Positions 10,429 to 20,800 of a stretch of DNA of 64,000 bases are shown here, in pieces; position 1 is the stretch's first letter; every line of letters begins with the position of its first letter. The stretch lies in contig CBDCDZ010000004.1 of assembly GCA_965215565.1 (NCBI GenBank), positions 2,368,001-2,432,000 of the forward strand, given 5' to 3'. This DNA is from Trueperaceae bacterium (GTDB lineage: Bacteria; Deinococcota; Deinococci; Deinococcales; Trueperaceae). Made by a program: the position numbers and the translations under genes. Below the pieces are notes generated by a model. It was not told the DNA's origin. It ran no database searches and saw nothing but the letters and a program-made list of their open reading frames with translations.

Positions 10429-11526
10429 TTACTGCGCTGGCTCAGTGACGGGCCGAACATTGGTGATCAAGAAGACGTTGTCCTGGTAGTCACAGTTAGC
10501 GAAGCCTTCGCCGCAGCCCTGCTGCACGTAGTCCTCGGCGACGATATAAGCGTCCGCAATGACCTCACCGTCCCTACCCACAACCGGCCAAAGCCGCACG
10601 CCTAAGTTGCCATCCGTGTTCGTGCTGTACGTATCACCTACCGCGCCTACAACGATTTCGAAAGCGCCAGCGGACGTCGGAGGCAGGACTAGCTCGGCAG
10701 GACCCGTCTCGCCGGATATCGGAGGGAGCACCGACTGCCCATAGCTCGCCGCGTGAAAAAAGCTTCCTAAGCTCTCGCCACTGCGCCCGAGCAGCTCGAT
10801 GAAGTTCTCCTCGTCGCAACAGCCGTGGTAGGCGGCAAGTTGGCGCACGTAGATGGGCTCGCCCGGGTTCGCCCTCTCCCAAAAGCTAGCGCGCACCTCA
10901 TCTCCTGCGGGCACGTCGTCAGGAGATTCAGAGAGCCTTTCGCCCTCTAAGCCGATATCGGTGGTGTAGCCGAAAGCGTCTACGATCTGCTGGAGGTTGA
11001 CCTCGTCGTTGCCTTCGGGTCTTTCCATGAACACGCCGGCGAGTTGAACCTGGGCGCTGCCGCCACTCGAGCCTACTGCGAGCGCCCCTCGGCGCACTCC
11101 CCGCTCACCCTGCGACGCAGTGAATTTCACCGTAAGCTCGAACGCGCCTCCGGGCGCGATCTCTAAAGGGAGTTCGGGGCGCTGCGGCAAGGTGAACGCC
11201 ACTGTGTCCACCGCTAAGCGTGTAAGGTAAAGTGGCTCCTCGGTACTCAAATTACTCAGGCGCAACACTGCGGTATCCTGAAACTTAAGGTTCTCCCACG
11301 CAGCGCGCCCGTTGTCTTCGTCCGGGTCCGTAGGCACCCGCGCGATGCGGCTCATCGTCAGCCAGTCGTTAAAAAATCCGGGGGGCGTCTCGCCGCCGAC
11401 GTCTGCAATGAGGTTGCGAAGCTCGAGTTGCCCACTCGCTTCGGGCACACCTCTCTCGCCGCAAGCGGTGATGAAGAGGCCGAGAAGTAAGAGGCTTAAA
11501 AGGTGTAGATGACGTGATGTGCGCAT
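10429..11526 (-). CDS. Lipoprotein with an Ig-like (ASH/choice-of-anchor D-like) domain
   Basis: Lipobox ITAC; LPLEIAPGGAFELTVKF Ig motif; C-terminal DYQDNVF. Confidence 0.7.
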   Translation of the reverse strand: MRTSRHLHLLSLLLLGLFITACGERGVPEASGQLELRNLIADVGGETPPGFFNDWLTMSRIARVPTDPDEDNGRAAWENLKFQDTAVLRLSNLSTEEPLYLTRLAVDTVAFTLPQRPELPLEIAPGGAFELTVKFTASQGERGVRRGALAVGSSGGSAQVQLAGVFMERPEGNDEVNLQQIVDAFGYTTDIGLEGERLSESPDDVPAGDEVRASFWERANPGEPIYVRQLAAYHGCCDEENFIELLGRSGESLGSFFHAASYGQSVLPPISGETGPAELVLPPTSAGAFEIVVGAVGDTYSTNTDGNLGVRLWPVVGRDGEVIADAYIVAEDYVQQGCGEGFANCDYQDNVFLITNVRPVTEPAQ

Positions 11527-11856
11527 GGCATTCTCCTGATGGGCTTAGGTAGCAACAAAAAACCGCGGGCAGTGTTGCGCGCAGAAACCGCAATCCTCAG
11601 TTACTGACCTTTGGCATTAAGGTAAGCTAGGCGAGAGTATAGCGGTCTCCACGGTGAGAGACAGTTATACAGCATGATACCTAACCTCTAAACGAGTGAT
11701 GGTGTAAATGACCCAGGCGTCGGAGAAGTTCCGTGTAGGCAAGTCTTACACCGACTCACCTTGAAAAGGTCGCAAAAAGTCACATCATCTCAACGAGTAG
11801 AAAGTGTTAGGAGTTCCAAGACATACCGAGACCGGGTGCCGCAGTTCTCAACTCAT

Positions 11857-12016
11857 ATAGCACTTCTAGAACTTACTGAGACAGATTGCCGCAGATCTCT
11901 GTCCGCAAGGACTAGCGGGATTTCATCTCTGAAAGTGGGTGCTCATCAATGCTTTCTACAGTGAGAGTGTTGCTTTGCAAAACTTACGTACACTCAAACC
12001 AGATGATACCTGCTAA
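11857..12016 (-). mobile_element. TAGCA repeat family copy C, with two micro-insertions
   Basis: Ends ...CAAACCAGATGATACCTGCTA; aligns to copies D and K. Confidence 0.8.
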
Positions 12017-12173
12017 TAGACCGGACTTTAATACCTGCTACGTGCGCGACATAAACGAAACGAGCAGGGAGATTCATGAATTTCTCCTACATTCGCCTCT
12101 TTCTGTGGCTTTTCCAGCGCGGTTTACCAGTATAAATGTAAGTCCCTATGCAGAAATAAACCAAACTGTCAAG

Positions 12174-12239
12174 ATGGGAAGAATCAAGGTAGTCGAACTA
12201 AGCGAAGCAGAGCGCCAAGCCCTCGAACTATGCCTAATA
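12174..12239 (+). pseudogene. Putative IS630-like transposase N-terminal stub
   Basis: MGRIKVVELSEAERQALE resembles IS630-family N-termini; reads directly into repeat copy D. Confidence 0.45.
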
Positions 12240-12352
12240 ATAGCAGGTATCATCTGGTTTGAAACACTCTTACTGTAAAGAACACCATCTAGCACGCACA
12301 TTGTGAGATGACATCTGCGCTCATCTGTCTCAGTATATTTTGGAAGTGCTAT
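12240..12352 (+). mobile_element. TAGCA repeat family copy D, 113 bp
   Basis: ATAGCAGGTATCATCTGGTTTGAAAC...GTCTCAGTATATTTTGGAAGTGCTAT. Confidence 0.85.
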
Positions 12353-12503
12353 AAGTAGCGTAGGCACGAAAGCAAAGTCTGGGAGACGACCCTCTTCGGC
12401 GACTTCATGAAACCCATCTGTATACTTTCAGGTTGTTCAAGCTCTTCCTTGTAAGAACCTTGTCATGATAAACTTGCTATAAAGATTAACGAGGTGTTCA
12501 TAC

Positions 12504-12779
12504 ATGAAATTATCGAAGCACCAACGAGAACAGCATAGAGGCGCGGCCCACCAGCTCATTCAGCGCATCGAAAGCCGCCTGGAACCCCAGGGGCGGCGCT
12601 ACGGCGCGAATGAGGGCGAGCGCATCGCCCAGAAGGTCAGCTTTTGCAAGGAGCGGTTGTGCCGTGACCCTAAAGATAAAGAGCTGCTCACCATCAATAT
12701 GGAGCTTGCGGACCTCTTCTACCTGACCAGCAACGCGGCGAAGAGTGCGCCGCGCCAGAAGCCTCATTACACACACTAA
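12504..12779 (+). CDS. Hypothetical small protein
   Basis: RBS GAGGTG upstream of ATG; 91 aa. Confidence 0.55.
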   Translation: MKLSKHQREQHRGAAHQLIQRIESRLEPQGRRYGANEGERIAQKVSFCKERLCRDPKDKELLTINMELADLFYLTSNAAKSAPRQKPHYTH

Positions 12780-12822
12780 GCCCAACACGTACTAAACCTA
12801 GTGCTGACAGGTCTTGACGCCT

Positions 12823-13458
12823 TCAGCGCGCGTGCGCAAGCCTCTCTGCGAAGAGCGGAGGTAGAACGCCGTCGGCCGTCGGCAGCGTGCAGGGCTCCGT
12901 CAACGCATCTGTAAGTGACACGTCCGCGCTGTCTTTGGTGACCGCATCGTACCCGATGGTTAGGGCGTCGAGACCGCACCGCGCCGTATAAGCGTAACGC
13001 CAAGCTTCGGCGTACCCCTCGGCGGGTACACAGTAGTAAGCGCCGTAAGCGCAACCCTCCCGCGCAAACGCATTGTGGCTGAAGCCCAGATGCGCGGCGT
13101 CTGCGCAGTGCCCGACCTCGTGAAACACCACCGCGAGATGCTCTTCTCGACTCGCGTACTTGGCGAGCCAACTATCGATGTAGACGTAACAGGTCTGCGT
13201 TTCTCTGGCAAAGACGAAGTATCCGAGCGACGAAAACCCTTCCAAACTCACCAGATGATAGCGCAGGCGCAGCCCGCCTACCTCGGCAGACCAGGTTTCA
13301 GCGGGGAGTGCGCGCAACTGGGCAGCGTTCGGAAACTCGTAGGGCGACGCGCCCTCGGCGCGCACGTCCGACTGAGCCGCCGCGCAGCCAAAACTCAGCA
13401 GCGCGAGTAGCGCGGTACATAAACGCCGTAATGCTACCTGCCCCCTCACGGCGTTCAT
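12823..13458 (-). CDS. Secreted zinc metallopeptidase-like protein (HEXXH)
   Basis: Signal peptide, VVFHEVGHC, downstream E.YAE; ATGA overlap with the upstream ORF. Confidence 0.6.
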   Translation of the reverse strand: MNAVRGQVALRRLCTALLALLSFGCAAAQSDVRAEGASPYEFPNAAQLRALPAETWSAEVGGLRLRYHLVSLEGFSSLGYFVFARETQTCYVYIDSWLAKYASREEHLAVVFHEVGHCADAAHLGFSHNAFAREGCAYGAYYCVPAEGYAEAWRYAYTARCGLDALTIGYDAVTKDSADVSLTDALTEPCTLPTADGVLPPLFAERLAHAR

Positions 13459-13730
13459 GGCAGCGAGATGGGCGCGAAGATATCGCCGGGCGCGTCCTTG
13501 TAACGCAGAATCGCGGCGATCATCAGCGCGGCGGTGTAGTGAAACTGCGGAAAGCCTAGGCAAAAAGCGACGAAGAAGAGCGAGACGATGGTGAGCTGCC
13601 AGGTGACTCGGGCGCTCAAGCTAGGTGCGTCCGCTTGCGGATCTACATATGGGTCTAAATACGTGTCGGCATCTGTTACCGTGCCTATTTTCAATTCTGT
13701 TTTCAGTTTCTTCCGTAAATGCGTGCTCAT
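13455..13730 (-). CDS. Small membrane protein
   Basis: Two hydrophobic segments; RBS AGGGGG; coupled to the downstream gene. Confidence 0.55.
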   Translation of the reverse strand: MSTHLRKKLKTELKIGTVTDADTYLDPYVDPQADAPSLSARVTWQLTIVSLFFVAFCLGFPQFHYTAALMIAAILRYKDAPGDIFAPISLP

Positions 13731-13863
13731 AAAACCCCCTGTTACAGTTCGGTCCGTATCGCGCCGTGCGTTCTAAAGCGTTGAGCGAGTGTACGCAAGT
13801 CGGTGTTACACCGCCGTTCCTGAGCGAGAACCCAAGTTCAAGTTCTTGTCTGCAGAAGCTAGG

Positions 13864-13879
13864 TGTGAAGTTTTCCACA
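13864..13879. promoter_or_regulatory. CRP-like box TGTGA-N6-CCACA
   Basis: 9/10 match to TGTGA-N6-TCACA in the divergent region upstream of pta. Confidence 0.5.
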
Positions 13880-14065
13880 TAAGCGTACCATGAGAAGCGC
13901 GTTGTAGCCCGAACGATGAAGGAAGAGGTAATACGAGGTTGAGTTTACGGAAGAGTTGGCGGCACTGCCCACAGTCACACGAGGGGGTGCTGGGTAACCT
14001 TCTAGATAGATTTGGAGCAAGCCCCAACCCCTCGTGATCAACAAGAATTTCGCAAAAGGAGACCT

Positions 14066-16231
14066 ATGGTTCAGTACATCATGACGGTTCCGACCGGCGT
14101 GCGCGTCGGTTTGACGACGGTATCCGTGGGTCTCGTTCACGCGCTCGATAGGCGCGGCAGGGCGGTGGGCTTCGCCAAGCCCATCGCGCAGCGCCACCTT
14201 TCGGACACGGGACCAGAGCGCTCGACGCGGCTCGTGGAAATGGTCTCGAGCCTCACCCCGCCTACACCCATCGCGATGGAACGCGCCGAAGACCTGTACG
14301 GGCGCGGCGAGCAAAACCAGCTTTTAGAAGAGGTCGTCGTCCGGGCGCAAGAAGCGGCGCAGGGCGCAGACATCGTTATTTTAGAGGGGCTCGTCTCGAC
14401 GCCGCAGCAACCTTACGCGGCGGGGCTCAACGCGAGCGTGGCGAGGAGTTTAGACGCCGATATCATCATCGTCACCACGCCCGGCGAGCGTAGCCCGGAG
14501 GCACTTTCAGACGCGCTCGAGCTGACCGCCAGAGACTTCGGCGGCGTGACCCATCCGCGCGTCCTGGGCTGCGTCTTAAACCAGGTCGGCGCGCCCCAGA
14601 GCAGCGGCTTTTTGCAGCTCGATCTGCCCTCCGAAGAGGAGATGACCGAGCGGACGCGCCGCCGCACCGAAGCGCTCGCGCAAGCCGACGTCTTTAGAGG
14701 CGACTTCAAGCTGCTCGGCTGCGTCCCGTGGAGCCGTGACCTGCTCGCACCGAGAGTGCGCGACGTTGCGCGTCTATTAGACGCGCAGGTACTGAACGCG
14801 GGCGATCTGGAGCGGCGCGTCACCGACGTCGCGCTCGGCGCGAGCACGGTGCGCAACGCGGCGCAGCGGCTCCTGCCCGGCACGCTCTTTATCACAGCGG
14901 GCGACCGCGACGACCTCGTTTTAGCGGCGGCGATGGCGGCGCTGAACGGTCAGCCCATCGCCGCCCTGCTGCTGACCAACGACCGCAGACCTGACGATAA
15001 CCTCCTCGAACTCTGCCGCCAGGGTCTAGAGACGGGCTTGCCTATCCTGCTCGTGCCGCAAGACTCCTTTCAGTCGGCGCTGAACGTTCGGGAGATGAAC
15101 TTAGAAGTCCCGCTCGACGACCGCGAACGCATCGACCTCACGATCAGCAGCGTAGCGACGCGCCTCGACGTCGAGGCGCTCGAAGCCAGACTTCAGCTCA
15201 ACCCGGACGAGCGGCGGCTCAGCCCGCCCGCCTTCCGTCACCTCTTAGTCGAACGCGCTAAGGACGCGCGCAAGCGCGTCGTGCTGCCCGAGGGGAGCGA
15301 GCCGCGCACCCTGCAAGCCGCGAGCATGTGCGAAGAGCGGGGCGTCGCGCATTGCATCCTCTTGGCGGACCCAGGCGAGGTGCAGCGCGTCGCGGCGCGG
15401 CAGGGCGTCCGGCTGCACGAAGGGTTGGAGATCATCTCGCCGCAAGAGGTCATAGGCGACTACGTTGCGCCGCTCGTCGAGCGGCGCAAGCATAAAGGGA
15501 TGACGGCCGCCGTCGCTGAAGAAGCGCTGCAAGACACCGTCATGTTGGGAACGATGATGCTCGCACAGGGCGAGGTGGACGGGCTCGTCTCGGGCGCGGT
15601 CCACACCACCGCCAACACGATCCGCCCCGCCTTTCAGCTCATCAAGACCGCGCCCGAAGTCAAGGTGGTCTCCTCCGTGTTCTTCATGTGCTTGCCCGAG
15701 CAGGTCTTGGTCTACGGCGACTGCGCGGTGAATCCTGACCCCAACCCCGAAGAGCTGGCGGACATCGCTGTGCGCAGCGCCGAGTCCGCGCACACCTTTG
15801 GCATCGAGCCGCGCGTGGCGATGCTTTCGTACAGCACGGGCACCTCGGGCACCGGAAGCGACGTGGAAAAGGTTGTGGAGGCCACCCGACTTGCCCAAGC
15901 CGCCCGCCCCGACCTCTTGATCGACGGACCTCTCCAGTACGACGCGGCGGCGATTCGCGCCGTCGCCGAGAGTAAAGCGCCTGACAGCCGAGTGGCAGGG
16001 CGGGCGACGGTCTTCATCTTTCCCGACCTCAACACGGGCAACACCACCTACAAAGCGGTGCAGCGCAGCGCAAACGTGATCAGCATCGGCCCAATGCTCC
16101 AGGGCTTGCGCAAACCCGTCAACGACCTCTCGAGAGGTGCCCTAGTCGAAGACATCATCTATACGGTTGCCCTCACTGCGATTCAGGCGGCGCAGGTGGA
16201 AGAAGTGGAGGAGGCTCGAGTCGAGGTTTGA
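14066..16231 (+). CDS. pta: Phosphate acetyltransferase (long form with DRTGG domain)
   Basis: RBS AGGAG; LPEGSEPR, GAVHTTANTIRP, DCAVNPDP, GNTTYKAVQR, PVNDLSRG. Confidence 0.97.
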   Translation: MVQYIMTVPTGVRVGLTTVSVGLVHALDRRGRAVGFAKPIAQRHLSDTGPERSTRLVEMVSSLTPPTPIAMERAEDLYGRGEQNQLLEEVVVRAQEAAQGADIVILEGLVSTPQQPYAAGLNASVARSLDADIIIVTTPGERSPEALSDALELTARDFGGVTHPRVLGCVLNQVGAPQSSGFLQLDLPSEEEMTERTRRRTEALAQADVFRGDFKLLGCVPWSRDLLAPRVRDVARLLDAQVLNAGDLERRVTDVALGASTVRNAAQRLLPGTLFITAGDRDDLVLAAAMAALNGQPIAALLLTNDRRPDDNLLELCRQGLETGLPILLVPQDSFQSALNVREMNLEVPLDDRERIDLTISSVATRLDVEALEARLQLNPDERRLSPPAFRHLLVERAKDARKRVVLPEGSEPRTLQAASMCEERGVAHCILLADPGEVQRVAARQGVRLHEGLEIISPQEVIGDYVAPLVERRKHKGMTAAVAEEALQDTVMLGTMMLAQGEVDGLVSGAVHTTANTIRPAFQLIKTAPEVKVVSSVFFMCLPEQVLVYGDCAVNPDPNPEELADIAVRSAESAHTFGIEPRVAMLSYSTGTSGTGSDVEKVVEATRLAQAARPDLLIDGPLQYDAAAIRAVAESKAPDSRVAGRATVFIFPDLNTGNTTYKAVQRSANVISIGPMLQGLRKPVNDLSRGALVEDIIYTVALTAIQAAQVEEVEEARVEV

Positions 16232-16786
16232 ACCACAAGTCGCAATGAAGAGGTCAGCCTTGGGTTCCGTGATCTCGTCCGCGTATTCCTGCGAAGGCGC
16301 GCCCGGCAGCGACACCCCGAGCAGAGTAGCGCACCATTCCTCACTTAGAAAAAGGGTAGTACCAAACTCCAAACGCTTTACCTCATCCTCTAAGGAGAGC
16401 TGCACCTCTTCCGCCCTGATGCGTTCAATTCGCCACTCCGCCACGAGGTCCGCGCCGCGCGGGGCGTTGTCCAAGAAGATGAGGTGCGTGTCAGCGTGAC
16501 GAAGCTCGAGCCGCTGCGTCAGACCGTCCGGCATCAAGTGGCTCGAGCCGCGCGCCCGCCACCTCTTCCCCGGTTCTACCTCACTTAGTTCCACCTCGTC
16601 AGGCCAGAACGAGAGGGAAACCGTGCGCTTTCCTCTTTCAGTGCGAAGCTCGAGCGTAACCTCTTCCTCCGAGTGTTCCTTCCAAGCCTCTCCCGCAAAT
16701 TCTCCTAAAGGAAGACCGGAGATGACCAGGCCCTCCCCGCGCTGTTCGCCTTGAAGGGCGAAGAAGAGTAGCGCGAGGAGTGCCAC
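16142..16786 (-). CDS. Hypothetical exported protein
   Basis: Signal-like N-terminus; starts 2 nt after the stop of the PKD gene. Confidence 0.55.
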   Translation of the reverse strand: MALLALLFFALQGEQRGEGLVISGLPLGEFAGEAWKEHSEEEVTLELRTERGKRTVSLSFWPDEVELSEVEPGKRWRARGSSHLMPDGLTQRLELRHADTHLIFLDNAPRGADLVAEWRIERIRAEEVQLSLEDEVKRLEFGTTLFLSEEWCATLLGVSLPGAPSQEYADEITEPKADLFIATCGSNLDSSLLHFFHLRRLNRSEGNRIDDVFD

Positions 16787-16788
16787 GC

Positions 16789-19700
16789 TCAGGGGGTCAG
16801 GAGCGCGGGCTCGTCGGCGACGGGCTGCCTGTCGTCTTGGAGGGGCTCGAGTACCTCTTCGGTGTTCAGCACCGAAATCGCGTCCTCGCCGCCCTCCGCG
16901 TTGCCAAAGGGGAGCGCGAGGCTGCCCCAGTCATCATGGTCACGCAAGGTGCTCAAGTCGTCGTCGTCGTTGAGATCGAACTCGAGGTTGCTCTGCGCCG
17001 CGCCGTCGTTGTTGAAGTCGACGAACGCCGCACCCCGCCCGAGCCCACCATTTTCATTTAAGCTGCGTTCATTGAGAGGCGCGCCGCTGCCGTCCGAGTA
17101 GTCGATAACGAAATCGTCGCCGAAGGGCGAGTTGGCGAAGTCGCGGAGGTCGCCCTCGAAGTAGCGGCTGTAGAGGTAGCGCTCCCCGGCGGCGTCGCCC
17201 GTCGCGGGTCCGATGCCCGCCACGGTGTAGAGGTAGTTCATCACGCTCAGGTAGTTGGGCTTGTCGTTCGTGTCGTCGTCGCCACCATGCTCCAAGCCTA
17301 AGTTGTGCCCGAGTTCATGCATGAACGTACCAGCCTGAAAGTTCGCCATAACCGCTTCGCTGTAGCCTAAGTTACCCAGGGTCACGAAGAAGTCGTTGCC
17401 GCCCACCTCGCCCCTGCCCACGGAGCCGGGCGCGCCGTTCACCTGCTGCGACAGCGCGAACACCGCGTAGTGAAACACTTGGCGGCGCGTGATGTCCATG
17501 TATTCGGCTTTGATCTCAAAGAAGTTGGCGTGTCCTTCGCCCGTTTCGAAGAAAGCAATGCCTTGACTGAGGGGCACTACGGGTCTGCCGCCGCCTAAAT
17601 TATAGGCGTCCGGCGAGAACGACGCGCTGAAGAGTGTGCCCGCGTCGAGGTGAAGGCTGATGTCTTCCTTCGCAAAGGCGGCGACAACCTTATTCAGCGC
17701 GGCGCGTTGCGGCACTACGCCCGTGTCGGCGATGTTCATATAGTCCACCTCGACAAAGATGTCGGACTGCGCGGTGCGCGCGCCCATTGCGAAGAGGTCG
17801 AGCCCCGCGAAGGTGCCACCCGCGGCTTCGGCGCTGTCGGGGATGCCGTCGTCGTCGTCGTCACGCGCGCCATTAGGCACGTCGTTCGGACCGCCCGCCG
17901 TCGCGAAGGTGTTCAGGCTCCAGTCGTCCGCAGCGTCCGTGTCGGTATTGTCTTCGTCTCTCGCTAAAGATTCAGCGCCGCCTAACGCGGGCGCACCGCC
18001 GCCGCCCCACGCGCCCGCGCTCGCGGGCTCCTCAGCGCTGTTGCCAAAGCGCACGAAGTCGAGCGTCGCGCCGTCCTCTAGGAGTTCGGCGAAGCCGTCC
18101 TCACTCCAAGCGGGCACGGCGTCGCCCTCACGCACGTGCACGTGACGCGGGCCACCAAACATCTCATCGTCCACTTCGCTGATGATGAGCGCGTAGCCGC
18201 CCGCGGAGATATTGAGGGGCGGCAGCGAGAAGACTGCGTTGCCTCTCGCTCTGAAAGGCGAGGTGCGCCCGCTCGAGGGGCTGCGCAGCGCGTAGTCCTC
18301 CAAGTTGAGGGTGTCATCCGAAGCGTTGTAGACCTCTACCCAGTGGGCGCTGCCGGGACCTGAGTTGCTCACTTCGGTGATGACGAGCGTCGGCTCGGCG
18401 GCGCTCGGCGCGTCCGGCTGGACCACCTCGACGAACTTGCTCGCCGTCGCGCGCGCCCCGTCGTCGTCCTCTAAGGTGAGCGTGACGGTGTAGTCACCTG
18501 CTTCTTCGTAGACATGCTCGACTTGGACGCCTTCGCCCGCTTCGCCGTCGCCGAAGTCCCAGGTGTAGGCGGCGACGCGGCCGTCCGGGTCTGTTGAGGC
18601 GGAGGCATCGAAATTCACAACGAGGGGCACGTCGCCCTCACTGGGCGCGAAGCTGAAGAGAACGCTCGGCGCTTGATTGGGCGTTTCGGGCGGCGGGGGC
18701 GGCGCGGCGCTCACCTCGAAGGTTTTCTCTGCTTGGGCGCTCTTGCCGCCGTCGTCGGTCACGGTGAGCCCGACGGTGTAGGTGCCCGCTTCGGCGTAGG
18801 TGTGGCTCACGCTCTCGCCCTCGCCCACTTCGCCGTCGCCGAAGTCCCAGGTATAGGAAACGACGCGGCCGTCCGGGTCTTCCGAGGCTGAGGCGTCGAA
18901 CGCGCCTGCTAGTTCGTCAAAGGTTGCGCTAAAGGCAGCTTGGGGGGCGCTGTTCTCCGGCGGCGTCTGCGCCACCTCAACGGACTTCGTTACCTGTGCA
19001 CTCGCGCCCTCGTCATCGGTGACGGTGAGGGTCACGTCGAACGTGCCCGCGGCCGCGTAGGTGTGGCTCACGCTCTCGCCTTCACCTGTTTCACCGTCGC
19101 CGAAAGTCCAAGTGTAAGCCTCAACACTACCGTCCGCATCTTCCGAGGCGGAGGCGTCAAAGCTCACTGACAGCTCAGCCGCCGAAAAGGTGAAGTCGGC
19201 GCTCGGCGCTTCGTTGAGGTCGGGCGTGCCGGGCGGAGACGCGCTCACCACCTGAACGGACTTCTCCACTGTGCTGCTTTTACCCTCGTTATCCGTAACG
19301 GTGAGCGTGACGGCATACGTGCCCACCGCTGCGTAAACGTGACTCACGCTTTCGCCCTCGCCCGTTGCGCCGTCGCCGAAGGTCCAAGTGTAGGCGGCGA
19401 CGCTACCGTCCGCGTCCGCCGAGGCGGAGGCGTCGAACGTCACACTCAACGGGTTAGCCTCAGCCGCCGAAAAGGTGAAGTCGGCGCTCGGCGCTTCGTT
19501 GAGGTCAGGCGTGCCGGGCGTGTCCGGCGCGTCGCTCACGATGATAGTGGCAGTGGCGCTCTTGCTGGAGTCGGCGACGCTCGTCGCCGTAAGAGTGTAT
19601 TCGCCGGACGCAGTCGGTGCGGTGTACGTCGCCGCTGTCCCGTCCGCCGTGAAGCTCGAGTCCCCGCTGCTCGCCGCCCACGTCACCTCGGCGTTATCCG

Positions 19701-20403
19701 TCCCCATGACCTCTGCGCTAAAGGTGCGGCTCGCTCCCGGCTCGAGCGTCTCGCTCGCCGGAGTGATGCTCACGCCGATTTCGCTCACCGTAATGGTGGC
19801 CGTGGCGCTCTTGCTGGAGTCGGCAACGCTCGTCGCGGTGAGCGAATACGTACCTGGTGCATCCGGCGCGGTGTACGTCGCCCTTGCGCCGTCGGCCTCT
19901 ACCGCGCCGCCCTCCACTTGCCAGGTGACGCTCTGGTCGTCCGCTTCGGTCACGGACGCCGTGAAAACTTGCGTCTGCCTCGGCGCGAGCGCCACCACAC
20001 CTGGGCTCAGTGTGACGTTGACCTCGCCCGGCGGCAACACGATGGGCTCCGACACGCTGACCTCTACCGTCTGCTCGGCGCTACCTAGCTCATTGGTTGC
20101 ACGGAGCGTGTAGAGCGTGCTTTCGCTCGGCGAGACGACGACGTTGTCGCTTCCCGTTACGTCGCCCAGTCCCGACGTAGCCGGTTCTGATGCGAGCGTG
20201 ACCTGGGGCGGCGGCTCGCCGGTGACACGCCAACTCAGCTTCGTGGAGCCTCCCTGATCGAGCGTCTCCGGCTCAGCGCTAAACGCGCCGATCTCCGGCG
20301 CTTGGTCTGGGATAAAGGGGGCGGAGGTCTCCTCGTCGTCCGAACAAGCGACGAGAGAGATGAGCAGGAGGAAAACTAGGTAGAACCAGCGAATATGCAA
20401 CAC
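16789..20403 (-). CDS. Large lipoprotein: Ig-like repeats, 4 PKD domains, lamin-tail-like domain, zinc metalloprotease domain
   Basis: Lipobox LVAC; four FDASAS...W(T/D)FGDG repeats; LVITEV/WVEVYN; HELGHNLGLEH followed by SVMNY Met-turn. Confidence 0.85.
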   Translation of the reverse strand: MLHIRWFYLVFLLLISLVACSDDEETSAPFIPDQAPEIGAFSAEPETLDQGGSTKLSWRVTGEPPPQVTLASEPATSGLGDVTGSDNVVVSPSESTLYTLRATNELGSAEQTVEVSVSEPIVLPPGEVNVTLSPGVVALAPRQTQVFTASVTEADDQSVTWQVEGGAVEADGARATYTAPDAPGTYSLTATSVADSSKSATATITVSEIGVSITPASETLEPGASRTFSAEVMGTDNAEVTWAASSGDSSFTADGTAATYTAPTASGEYTLTATSVADSSKSATATIIVSDAPDTPGTPDLNEAPSADFTFSAAEANPLSVTFDASASADADGSVAAYTWTFGDGATGEGESVSHVYAAVGTYAVTLTVTDNEGKSSTVEKSVQVVSASPPGTPDLNEAPSADFTFSAAELSVSFDASASEDADGSVEAYTWTFGDGETGEGESVSHTYAAAGTFDVTLTVTDDEGASAQVTKSVEVAQTPPENSAPQAAFSATFDELAGAFDASASEDPDGRVVSYTWDFGDGEVGEGESVSHTYAEAGTYTVGLTVTDDGGKSAQAEKTFEVSAAPPPPPETPNQAPSVLFSFAPSEGDVPLVVNFDASASTDPDGRVAAYTWDFGDGEAGEGVQVEHVYEEAGDYTVTLTLEDDDGARATASKFVEVVQPDAPSAAEPTLVITEVSNSGPGSAHWVEVYNASDDTLNLEDYALRSPSSGRTSPFRARGNAVFSLPPLNISAGGYALIISEVDDEMFGGPRHVHVREGDAVPAWSEDGFAELLEDGATLDFVRFGNSAEEPASAGAWGGGGAPALGGAESLARDEDNTDTDAADDWSLNTFATAGGPNDVPNGARDDDDDGIPDSAEAAGGTFAGLDLFAMGARTAQSDIFVEVDYMNIADTGVVPQRAALNKVVAAFAKEDISLHLDAGTLFSASFSPDAYNLGGGRPVVPLSQGIAFFETGEGHANFFEIKAEYMDITRRQVFHYAVFALSQQVNGAPGSVGRGEVGGNDFFVTLGNLGYSEAVMANFQAGTFMHELGHNLGLEHGGDDDTNDKPNYLSVMNYLYTVAGIGPATGDAAGERYLYSRYFEGDLRDFANSPFGDDFVIDYSDGSGAPLNERSLNENGGLGRGAAFVDFNNDGAAQSNLEFDLNDDDDLSTLRDHDDWGSLALPFGNAEGGEDAISVLNTEEVLEPLQDDRQPVADEPALLTP

Positions 20404-20800
20404 GAAAAATATCTCCTCAACCTAAAATTATGACGGCGACGTCCCTGTAGCACATCTCATAGAACACGCAGCGTACGCCGTAAACACCGCCATTGACGCT
20501 TACTTAAAGACCTTATAGTGCCGAATCGCTCACGGTGAGTGAAAAATGCCATAAAGCTTCAGGAAAGCTTAACAGAGCTTCGGTGAGGAATGCTACCAAA
20601 TTGTATGCCTGGCTCGCGACAGACTCTGCTCCAGAGGCTGCTACTTATACAGAATTGTACGTTTTACTTATTACTTATCCTTACTAAGGGCGTTGCTTCG
20701 CCCAGCGGGAGCAGAGCGACTTTACTTCGTGCATAGAGCTTTTCAGCGGCTCAGCTTTAGCTAGCGGGTTCGGGCCGAGTTTACGTCCCATCCGTGACGG

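Noticed and set aside
19339..20113. Long + strand ORFs opposite the PKD gene, and similar shadow ORFs such as 22122-23012, 15245-15898 and 54597-55439
   Set aside because: Antisense or out-of-frame shadows of well-supported genes in GC-rich DNA.
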